In this document: positions 39,521 through 49,017 of the stretch, piece by piece
How the letters are laid out: each line of letters starts with the position of its first letter
Position numbering within the stretch: position 1 is the first letter of the stretch
Position numbers and translations under genes: made by a program
Assembly: GCA_963845755.1 (NCBI GenBank)
Contig: CAWJTV010000026.1
Location: 1 to 64,000 of the forward strand
DNA: 64,000 bases
Source: an uncultured Planctomycetota bacterium
GTDB taxonomy: Bacteria > Planctomycetota > Planctomycetia > Isosphaerales > Isosphaeraceae
Reading direction: 5' to 3'
Notes under the pieces: generated by a model
Told to the model about the DNA's origin: nothing
Database searches by the model: none
The model's input: only the letters and a program-made list of their open reading frames with translations

Positions 39521-41037
39521 TCAGGCTTCAACGGATTCGAGCCGATCGCCCGGACTCTCGGGGTCCTTCCCCTCCCAACCCCAGAGCAAGGCAGCCAGCC
39601 CGATCAGCGGAGCCGAGCCGGCGATCATGAAGACCGGCGTGAAGCTGTGGGTCACGTCCTCGATCTTCCCGGTGAGGGGATGGAAACCGGCGACGAAGAG
39701 GTTGCCGATGGCCCCGAGGTATCCCACGACGAGCCCCGTGTGGCGCGTCGAGACCTCCTGGGTGAAGCTGAAGTAATTCGCCATGAACGCGGCCGTGCCG
39801 GCGGCCATGATCGAGATCAGGAACACGGCGGTGGGCAGGTTGGCGGCCAGACCGACGCTCAGGCCGCCGGCCACGATGAACGGGACCGCCGCGGCCATCA
39901 CGATCTGCCGCGCGCGCCGGGCACTCCGACCGCGATGCGCAATCTGGAGGGCAAGCCAGCCGCCCAGCAAGTTACCGCCGTCGGCGGCCAGGAATGGGAT
40001 CGTGCTGAGGAAATTGCCGGCCTCGAAACTCAACCCCCGGCGATTCAAGTAGGTGGGTATCCAGTTGACCAGGAAATGCCAGCAAATATTGATGCAGATC
40101 GACACGACCACCAGGATCCAGAACCGCCGATTGCGGACCATCTCACCGAGCCCCGAAGCCCAGCGCGCCCCCTTGAGGAGGTGGAGAGGAACCACGGCCG
40201 CGACCACCAGGGGGCCGAGTATCAGGAGGGCGATCGCCAGCCAGATCGACGTCAAGCCGTAGTAGAACGCGGCCAGGAGTTCCAGCAAGGCCACGATCAC
40301 GACACCGCCGAAGGCCGCGGCGACCGATCTCGGGAGCCGAGGACGAACCGGGGACGCTTCGAGGTCGTCGAGCGGGAGACTTTCTTTCTGTTCCGGCCGG
40401 GCCAGCAGCCGTCGATATTCGCCCCGGACCAGCAGCAGCCAGACGACGACCCAGACGAATCCCGCCGAGCCGATCACCGCGAACGAGGACCGCCAGCCGA
40501 ACTTCGCGGTCAGCAGCGTGACCGCCGTCGGCGTGATCACGGCGCCCAGGGCCGCCCCGGAATTGAAGATCCCGTTGCCCAGGCTTCGATCCGACGGAGG
40601 CAGGATCCGGGCCGTCACCCGCAGGCGCAGGGCCAGTTGAACGACTCCCCCACACCCAACAGCGCCCGGCAGACGATCAGCAGTCCCAGACTGGGCACCA
40701 GCGCCGTGGCCACCGCCGCCAGCGACCACCACGCCACCGCCGCCGCGTACGACCATCGCAAGTCCCATCGGTCAACCAGGTAGCCTGCCGGCACCTGGAA
40801 GAGTGCGTAAGTCAGGTAGAATGCCGCAAGGACCCAGCCAAAATCCACGTCCGCCGTGATCCCGAACGCCTGGCAGATTGGCTCGCGGAGCAACGAGATG
40901 GTCTGGCGGTCCATGTAATTCAGGACCGTCGAGGCGAACATCAGCCAGCAGAGGCCCCAGGCCCATCCGCGGGCAACGGGGACCATCGCGTCGCGTCGCG
41001 GACCGTCATCGGCTCGAGACACCAGGAACCTCCTCAT
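39521..41037 (-). CDS. MFS transporter, ExuT/ACS-like (frameshift near 40625)
   Basis: LNYMDRQT; GYLVDRW; RALLGVGESFNWP; GIFNSG; WHFLVNWIPTYL. Confidence 0.88.
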
Positions 41038-41334
41038 CGTTGCAAGATCAAGCAACCTCGGATCGATCGCCTACAATGCCAGAAGCCGCAACCAGTTGCA
41101 ACGCGCCACCCGGACCGTTCGTACCGTTCGGGATCCACGCCGGCGCGAATTCCGGCGAGCCATTTGCCGTCCCTGAGTAAAATGACCGCAATGGACGAGT
41201 GTGTTCGGGCGAATGAGTCGTCGGTAGTCAGCGAAGATCAAGCCGACACGATCCGCAAATGACGTTGTTCTAACCGCTCACCCCTGACCACTGGCTACTG
41301 ACCACTGACGACTAAACGAGATAAGCGAGGAGAC

Positions 41335-43216
41335 ATGGAATCGACCGACCGCGCCCGGGCACGTCGCCGATGGCGGATCGCGGCAATAGCGATCGTGCTC
41401 GCCATCGCCGCCGGCCTGTTCGCGGCGCTCCCCCGGGTGCTGAACACGACGGCCGGGCGGCGCCTGCTCAGATCCCGTGCCGACGCCATCCTGGCGCCCG
41501 GCTCGGTCGAGTTCGCCTCTATCCGGCTTTCGTGGTTTCGGCCGACCGAGGTGCTGGATGTCGTCCTTCGCGACAAGCGGGGGACGCAAGTCCTCGCCGC
41601 GCCTCGGGCCAACTTCGCGTTGAGCCTCTGGCAGATCCTGTTCGCCCGGCCATCGAGCGCGACGCTGGGCTTGCCCGCGGCCGAGCTCGATGTCGAACGG
41701 CTCGACGACGGGACGATCAACCTGGTCGAGACACTCGAGCCGCTCCTTCGCGAGCGACCCAAGCGCCAGCTCATCATCGTGCTCGAGCACGGCCAGTTCC
41801 GGTTCCGGGACGGCGCCTTGCCCGAGCCGGTCGTTTCCGACGAGGCGGACATCACGCTCAATATCGCGGCCGATCCTCAGCCCATCACCTGGACCATCGC
41901 GCTGGGGCACGTCTCGGCCGGCAAGGAGCCCGGCAAGTTTGCGTTGAAGGGGAGCTACAGCCGCCCGGCCGACCGCATCGAGATCGGCGAGATGACCATC
42001 GAAACCGCCTACGGCCGGTTCGGAGGCTCGGGAGCGATCGACGCGCTGAGCACGACGCCGCAGGTCAACTTCCAGGGGTCGCTCGAACCCGATTGGCCGG
42101 CGATCAGCGCGGTCCTGGCGCGCGAGGTCGAGCCGAATGCCCGGATCGCCGGCCAGGCGCGCGCCTGGAGACTGGCCGGCACGCTCCCGGCCTCCGCCGC
42201 GGGCGACGACTGGCTCGGCGGGCTGCACGGCGAGCTGGGCGTCCAGCTCGACGCCCTGGACGTCTTCGGGATGCGACTGGGCGCGACATCGCTGGTCCTC
42301 CGCGCCGAGACGGCCGGCTGACCGTCAACCCGATCGACACGCGGCTCAACGACGGCGTCCTCCACCTCGAGCCGGAGTGGGTCAAGGATCGCGAGGGGTC
42401 GCTCCGATTGAAGTTCGGGGCGTCCTCCACTCTGGAAAACGCGGTCGTCAACGACGAGGTCTCGCACCGCGTCCTCTCCTATGTGGCGCCGGTCCTGGAT
42501 GGGGCGACGCGCGTCCAGGGCGCGTGTCGGTGAGGCGCGTTGACGCCGAGTTCCCCCTCTTCGCCGCCAAGGCGTCGCCGGTGCGGGTCGAGGGCGACGT
42601 GCTCTTCGACGACGTCCGATTCCTGCCCGGCCCGCTGGCCGACGACCTGATGGGCCTGTTCCCAGACTCGGACAAGACCAGTCCGTTGCTGGTGCTGCGC
42701 GACCCGATCTCGGTCCGGATCGCCGAGGGGAAGATCCATCAACGCGGGCTGACCATCCCCCTGGCAAACGTGGGGACGGCCGCCCTGGAAGGCTCGGTCG
42801 ATTTCCAGAAGAACCTCGACCTGGTGGCCCGGTTCCGCCTGAATCCGCCCGGTCCCGACAAGCCGTTGCTGGCGGCGCTCCTGCAGACGGCCCGGTTCGA
42901 GTTGCCGATTCACGGGACGCTCGCCGATCCCCGGATCGACGTCGAGGGGATGAAGGAACGGCTCAAGTCCATGGGGTCGGACGTGCTCGAAAACTCGGTG
43001 GGTGCCGGGGTCGGCGGTCTGCTCCGGTTCCTGGAGCAGCTCCCCGCGCGGCGGCAAGCGCGCAAGGCTTCTCCGGGGCCTCCCGAGGCCGGCCCGCCCC
43101 AACGGCCGGCTCCGATGACCGCCGAGGAACGCCGGCAACTCCGCCAGGAACGCCGGCTCGAACGACAGGAAAAGAAGGCCCAGCGCCGCCGGGAGCGCGA
43201 GAAGCCTTCTGATTGA
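41335..43216 (+). CDS. AsmA-like protein (frameshifts near 42315 and 42525)
   Basis: N-terminal TM; beta-rich repeats; C-terminal LEGSVDF...LDLVA...LPIHGTLADPRID. Confidence 0.65.
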
Positions 43217-43369
43217 ACCAGGGATGGCTGCATCGCGGGCATTTCTGGGAATTGCCGATTCAACATTCCAGATTCCAGATTCCACATGGGGATGCTTCCG
43301 GTTATTGAGTCTGGAATGTCGGATCGGGAATGGCTCTTTGCTCGCGGCCGAGGTCGCGTCAGGGATTGC

Positions 43370-44665
43370 ATGAACGCAAGAAATCGATGGCGATTGTCGG
43401 TGATGATGGCCTTGGTCTATGCGGTCCAGGGCGCGTTCTGGCCGTTGCTGGCGGTGCACCTGGCAGACCTGGGGATCGGGAGCCGTGACCGCGGTTGGAT
43501 CTTCGCGACCCTGGCGATCGGGGCCACGCTGGTCCCTCTGGGGGCCGGTCACCTGGTGGACCGGTTCCTGGCCACCCAGCGCAGTCCTGGCGCTGATCTA
43601 TGCCGCGGGGACGGGCTTGCTGGCGATCCTGGCCTCGGGCTGGGTGAGGTTGCCGGGCGGGTTGTTCGGGCTATTCCTGGTCTACTGGGGGTTGACGGCG
43701 CCGGCCTACAGCCTCTGCAACGCGCTGGCGATGCGCAATCTGGACGATCCCGGCCGGGAATTCGGCGGGGTCCGGCTGTGGGGGACGGCGGGTTGGATGG
43801 TCGCCGGATGGGTCGTCTCGGTGGTGATGGCCGCGTCGGGTTCGACGCGAGCCGGTCAGGGGGCCTTCGAGGCGTTGTGGGTCGCGACCGCGGTCTCGGC
43901 CGTGACCGCGGTCTATTGCCTGACGCTGCCGCACACGCCGCCATTGGCGGTCGGCCCGCGTGGCCGGGGGGTGCTGCGTGCCGGCAGGGAACTGGTCCGC
44001 CAGCCGGACATCGCCGTGTTCCTCCTGGCCTCGCTGGGCGTGTACCTCACCCAGCCCCTGGTGTTCCAGGTCATCCCCGGGTATCTTGAACGCCGTGGCT
44101 TGCCCCGTGCCTGGGTTTCCACGGCGATGACCCTGGGCCAGACGACCGAGATTGCCGTGCTCGCCATCCTCCCCTGGCTGCTGCGCCGCCTCGGCATGAA
44201 GGCGACGTTGATGCTGGGGATCCTGGCCTGGTTCGCGCGGTTTTTGAGCCTGGCGCTGGATCCTCCGCTCTGGTTGGCCGTGGCCGGAACCTTGTTGCAA
44301 GGTGTCGGCATCGCCTGCTTCACCGTGGGGGGACAGGTTTTCCTGGATGGACGGGCCCCGAGCCATCTTCGTGCCAGGCGCAAGGCCTGCTGCTGGTCGC
44401 CACTTCCGGCTTCGCCTCGTTCCTCGGGAGTCTGCTTGCGGGCGAGATGGTGGGCCGGACCCGGCCGGATGATGTTCTGGTGTTCCTGTTCCCTTGCATG
44501 ATCGATGGGGCATTGCTACTCTATTTTTTGCGAGGCTTTCGGGCACCAGCCTTGGTCGCGGCGCGGGCCGGCGCACCCAACGACGAGCCTTCCGCGCCGT
44601 CCCCAACCGGGCGCGGGTCGGTGGCTCGTGTTAGTCATCTGGTGACGGAGTCGGCCGATGGGTGA
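43370..44665 (+). CDS. MFS nucleoside:H+ symporter-like transporter (frameshifts)
   Basis: RLSVMMALVYAVQGAFWP; GHLVDRF; FGGVRLWGTAGW; MTLGQTTEI. Confidence 0.82.
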
Positions 44666-45269
44666 CTACCTCCGCATGCTGACGATCAGTGACCGGGATA
44701 TCCCCCTGGCCACCCTCCAGCGCGCCGTCCCTTTCGTCGCCATCTGGTCGGTCGATCAGCCCGGGACCCTCGGCAACTACCTGGCCATCGGCCCGGAACT
44801 CCACGTTCTCAAGAACGTCTGGGCGACGATCGAGCGCAATCCCGTCGGGCCGAACACCTTGGGCGCCGAGGAAGTCGCCGAGTTCATCGACAGCCTCGAA
44901 TCCGGCGGCCCGCCGGCGGCGGTCCGTTGGCTCAGCGACTACCTGGAGACGATCCGCGCCATCTACGCCATCCGGATCTATCCCGAAGGCATCCTCTCCC
45001 ACCCCGAGGCCGAGGACGCCGTCTATGCCGTCCGCTCGGCGCTCCGCGAGGCCGTCGGCGGGATCGGACAGTGGGATGGACTCGGGTTCACCAATGAAGA
45101 TGATCGCCTGATCTGGTGCGACCCGCGGATGAGCCTCAATGGCAAGAAGGAGGCGGCGATCCTCGACGAGTCAACCGGCCTCTGGGTCCCCTTCGAGCTG
45201 GATCTCGATGACCCGGAGGAACTCGCCCAGTTCCTCCGCGGTGAGAACCCCAAACGGCACCGCCGTTGA
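44658..45269 (+). CDS. Hypothetical protein
   Basis: Intact 203-aa ORF with host-like codon usage, overlapping the upstream stop. Confidence 0.7.
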   Translation: MGDYLRMLTISDRDIPLATLQRAVPFVAIWSVDQPGTLGNYLAIGPELHVLKNVWATIERNPVGPNTLGAEEVAEFIDSLESGGPPAAVRWLSDYLETIRAIYAIRIYPEGILSHPEAEDAVYAVRSALREAVGGIGQWDGLGFTNEDDRLIWCDPRMSLNGKKEAAILDESTGLWVPFELDLDDPEELAQFLRGENPKRHRR

Positions 45270-45295
45270 GCTCGAGCGATTCATCGTGGACTCAC

Positions 45296-46229
45296 TCATC
45301 CGTTGAGCGAACCCAGTAGCTCATCCCAGGTCGAGACGTCGTCGATTCGATCCTGAAGGTCGTGCAGGGTGACGAGATCGGTGATGGACGCGATCCGGGC
45401 TTCGACCCGTTCTTCGGGCGGCCCTAGGTTCTTGCGACCCAGACGTAACAGGGTCGCTCTCGCCTCCTCAAGAAGGCCCTCGACGATCCCCTCGGTACGG
45501 CCCTCGGCACGGCCCTCGGCGATCCCCTGGGCGCGGCCTTTCCGGAGAATCCCCTGATAGACCGATGATTCCTCGATCCCCTCGATCCCGAACAACATGG
45601 CGGATACCCCCTCGATGATCGCGTCAACCTGCTTTTCCGCGTACCGCAACCCCATCAGGATGCGGGTCGCGTTCCACAACGTCGCTGCCTGCTCCCGGCT
45701 GGACTCCCGCGCCAGCCGATCCGACATGGCCAGGAGCACATCGGGGACCCGCTCGGCCGCGACGTCCGACACCGGCGCCAGCGGCAGGACCGGCAAGCCC
45801 GCGGCGAGGATCTCCTCCACCGGCTGCTCCCAGACTCTCACCACATTGTACCGGAACGTATCGTAAACGGCGCCGTGGCGATCCGTCTGCTCGAAGATCC
45901 CCGTCAACTCCGGGCCATCGACCACCGGTCGCAGCAAGATGACCGTCGAATGCACGGGGACCTGGAAACTGTGTCGGATGATGGTGCTGTACCAATGCAC
46001 GCGCTCGGGCAAGTCGGGGTTGCGGCCCGCCTGGAGCTCGATGTGCTCGATCCAGGGCTCGGGATCGTCCACCCAGAGGACCTTGTCGGCCTCGGCGGTG
46101 ACCGTCGAGAGGTTCGAGTCGATCACCCGGACGCGCCGGGTCGGCGACCGGGATGTGCAAGAAGCGGAGCCACGCCGCCGGCTCCATCTCGATCAGCTTC
46201 CGTAACGTCGCATCAAACGGCCGGGACAT
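45296..46229 (-). CDS. Rpn/YhgA-like PD-(D/E)xK protein (frameshift near 46130)
   Basis: MSRPFDATLRKL; NLSTVTAEADKV; HIELQ; VVRVWEQP; LPLAPV; LMGLRY; EESSVYQ...GRAEGRTEG. Confidence 0.8.
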
Positions 46230-46367
46230 CACCACCCCTCCCTGGGCCGGTCCTTCCGGAGAACGCCACCGGGCTCGCTCCGGCCCCGGCTGGCGGGGCT
46301 CCGCACACGGCTCCGCCGCACCATCGGTCAGGCCTTCGCGAGGCCGGTGGCGTTTCCCCGCTTGACC

Positions 46368-46592
46368 TCAGCGGCCAGACTCGACGAGAGCCAGGCGGAA
46401 TCCCAGGCTGACGCGCCGGTCCCCCGGCACGAGCCTGCGGCGATTCGCCGACCGGGCGAGGCGAGGGTCGAGGATCCAGCCCCCGCTGCGGATCACCCGG
46501 TTCGCAGTCTGTGCAGCGCCGGGCGGATCGTCCACCGGAGACTCCTTGTAATAATCGGCCGCATACCCGTCCGAGCACTACTCCCAGAGGAA
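46368..46592 (-). pseudogene. C-terminal relic of a SUMF1/FGE-sulfatase domain gene
   Basis: LWE*CSDGYAADYYKESPVDDPPG...RVIRSGGW...ARSANR...LGFRLALV; Trp codon replaced by TAG at 46578-46580; 5' part missing. Confidence 0.7.
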
Positions 46593-46626
46593 CCGCTGGG
46601 CGACCCGTCAATTCAAGATTGACGAA

Positions 46627-47661
46627 TCACGAACCCGAGATCCCCCAGTGCCTGTCGAGCCAGCCGTCCAGGCGTGCATCCAGCCAGCGACGGTCGCCTT
46701 GCCACGTCCGGCGGCTGAGATAGCCCAGGTGGCCGCCATACCGGACCAGCTCCAGCACGAGGTTCGGCGGCAGGACCACCCGCTCGAACGGCTCGGGCGG
46801 GATGAACGGATCGTCCATCGCGTGGACGATCAAGCCGGGGACCGCGATGCGTCCCAGCGCGGTCATGAGGCTACACCGTTGGTAATAGTCGTCCGCAGAA
46901 GCGAAGCCATTGCGGCGTGCCGTGTAACGGTCGTCGAAATCGTAGACCGTCTTCACGCCGTCCAGGTGGGTGGGGCCCAGCTCGGGGAACTGGCGATGGA
47001 GCCGTTGAATCATGGCATGGAGCCACTTGACGAAGTTCCGGTCGTAGAGTCGATTCTCCGGGAGGCCCATCCGGCGCGAGCAGGCGGTCAGGTCGATCGG
47101 CGGATTGGCCGCCAGGACGCAGTCGAGTCCCTCGACCCCGGCCGGGTCAAGGGCGGCCTCGGAAGCGAGCTTCAAGACGAGGTTGGCACCCAGGGAAAAA
47201 CCGATGAGCGCGGTCGGCCCCACCCCGTCCCGATCCTTCAGCCAGGCGAGGACTTCGCGGAGATCGTCGCTCCGACCCGCGTGGTAGATGCCCCGGGCCA
47301 GGCCGAACCCGAGGCCCGAGTTGCGGAGGTTCACCCGCACTACCCGGATCCCCCGGTTAACCAGCCGGACGCCGAGCCGGACCATGTAAGGCGCCTCGGC
47401 ACAGCCCGCCAGGCCGTGGACCAGGACGGCCGTCGGCCGCGGGCTCGCCCAGCCGGGTGGGACCGACTCCAGCACCATCAGGCGGTCGCCGTCGGCCAGG
47501 CCGACTTCTCGGGCCGTGGCGGCGAGCCGCGCCCGAGGCGCCGGCCAGTATCGCCCGACGATCGTCTGGGCGTGTCCGCTCCGGAGCCACGGATGCGGCT
47601 CGAACGGAGGAAGGCCGCTTTCTGCGAGGTCTCGATCGATGTAATTCGTCTGACTCGACAT
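46627..47661 (-). CDS. YheT-family alpha/beta hydrolase
   Basis: GHAQTI; VHGLAGC; IYHAGRSDD; GFSLG; DFDDRYTA; HAMDDPFI; GGHLGY. Confidence 0.9.
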   Translation of the reverse strand: MSSQTNYIDRDLAESGLPPFEPHPWLRSGHAQTIVGRYWPAPRARLAATAREVGLADGDRLMVLESVPPGWASPRPTAVLVHGLAGCAEAPYMVRLGVRLVNRGIRVVRVNLRNSGLGFGLARGIYHAGRSDDLREVLAWLKDRDGVGPTALIGFSLGANLVLKLASEAALDPAGVEGLDCVLAANPPIDLTACSRRMGLPENRLYDRNFVKWLHAMIQRLHRQFPELGPTHLDGVKTVYDFDDRYTARRNGFASADDYYQRCSLMTALGRIAVPGLIVHAMDDPFIPPEPFERVVLPPNLVLELVRYGGHLGYLSRRTWQGDRRWLDARLDGWLDRHWGISGS

Positions 47662-47801
47662 GATCGGAATGGATGAGAGGACGCGTTCGAGATCGGCCGT
47701 CACGGGCCGGGTTGTCCCTGTCCATGTTAACCGAAGGAATCGTTCGTGTCGCCGCGTTTCTGGGATTGCCTGACATTGACGGGCGCCCTGGTGACTCGAA
47801 C

Positions 47802-48335
47802 ATGCAGCATCCGGCGACAGGCGATGTCGTAGGTCATGGCGCCAGCCTTACGATGCAGACAACGATAGCTGGGGGTGGTACAATTCGGCCAGACAAGGAG
47901 AACGGACAACAGGGGCCGGCCTCCGGGAATTCCCGAGGAGGTGCGCAGCGGAATCCGTCATTGAAAACAAAGACACCCCTGGATGGAACTCCCTATCCGA
48001 GAGATCCCGGGAGCGCTCCCATTAGCGGCACCACCTCGGATGGCGGGTATGTCTATGTCCGAGACGCAAGTGGGACCGTCTACGTTCTACCCGATGGGCC
48101 GCATTTGCATCCGAAAGTACTTGGAGGCGCCCTGCCTGCCTCATACGCAGGCGATTTGACCATCGCAAAGGGCACAGTCGTTGATTTGACAAATCTCTCG
48201 GGGACCTTCCGATTCAGGAGTCGAGCAGGGTTGCTGGATGTAGCAAAGCAGCTCGAGAGTCAAGGCTTGACGATCCAGCCTGGTGCCGTTCGATTCTTTC
48301 CCGCGGATGGATCGCGTCCTGTCACGCTACGATGA
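47802..48335 (+). CDS. Hypothetical protein, candidate polymorphic-toxin C-terminal domain (start uncertain)
   Basis: Low-complexity linker, then YVYVRD...HLHPKVLGG...YAGDL...DLTNLSGTF; AT-richer than neighbours. Confidence 0.5.
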   Translation: MQHPATGDVVGHGASLTMQTTIAGGGTIRPDKENGQQGPASGNSRGGAQRNPSLKTKTPLDGTPYPRDPGSAPISGTTSDGGYVYVRDASGTVYVLPDGPHLHPKVLGGALPASYAGDLTIAKGTVVDLTNLSGTFRFRSRAGLLDVAKQLESQGLTIQPGAVRFFPADGSRPVTLR

Positions 48336-48371
48336 ACTCAGTCCTGACGAGGTAAATGGAGGTTGCGATCG

Positions 48372-48824
48372 ATGCCGATGAAGATCGTCATCCTCGAGGA
48401 CGACCAACGCCGTGTGGAGGCCATGCGAGACCGCCTGGCCGATCGATTCTATCAATTCGAACACGTTTTTTTCGACTCGTCAACTGAACTTAACGAATAT
48501 TTGGAAAAGCATTTAAATGAAGTGATTGTGTTATCGCTGGATCATGACCTGGAGTTGAAGGTGGACTCCACCGGAACAACGAACGATGCCGGTACGGGTC
48601 GAGAGGTGGCGGACTACCTGGCGAGACAGGGACCCAGTTGCCCCGTGATTATTCATTCGACCAATGAATTTGGTGCACTTGGCATGGAAGGGGTCCTTCG
48701 AGAAGCGGGATGGAAGACTTGCCGGGTCACGCCCTTCGACGATTTGCTGTGGGTCCATGAGGCTTGGTTTCCCGCGATCCGCCGGGCCATTGTCAGGGGA
48801 CCGGCAGCCTCCCTGGGGACATAG
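48372..48824 (+). CDS. Cyclic-phosphate-processing receiver-like domain protein
   Basis: GGAGG RBS; ILEDD..R; LSLDHDL; GTGREVADYL; VIIHSTN..GA..M. Confidence 0.78.
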   Translation: MPMKIVILEDDQRRVEAMRDRLADRFYQFEHVFFDSSTELNEYLEKHLNEVIVLSLDHDLELKVDSTGTTNDAGTGREVADYLARQGPSCPVIIHSTNEFGALGMEGVLREAGWKTCRVTPFDDLLWVHEAWFPAIRRAIVRGPAASLGT

Positions 48825-49017
48825 GTGCTTCGCGGGCGATCGGACGGCTCGTACGGGCCGCCTTCGTCGCGGGGCCTGGATACCACTTGGTCGGAATGTG
48901 ATTGAGAATCGCGGGACGTCGGCGATATCTTTGACGGTGACGGCCGGTCAGAGTCGCATGGATTCCGATGGGAATTTCATCCCGCCGATTCCTCGGCGAT
49001 GGGGGAGATCGATCAGA

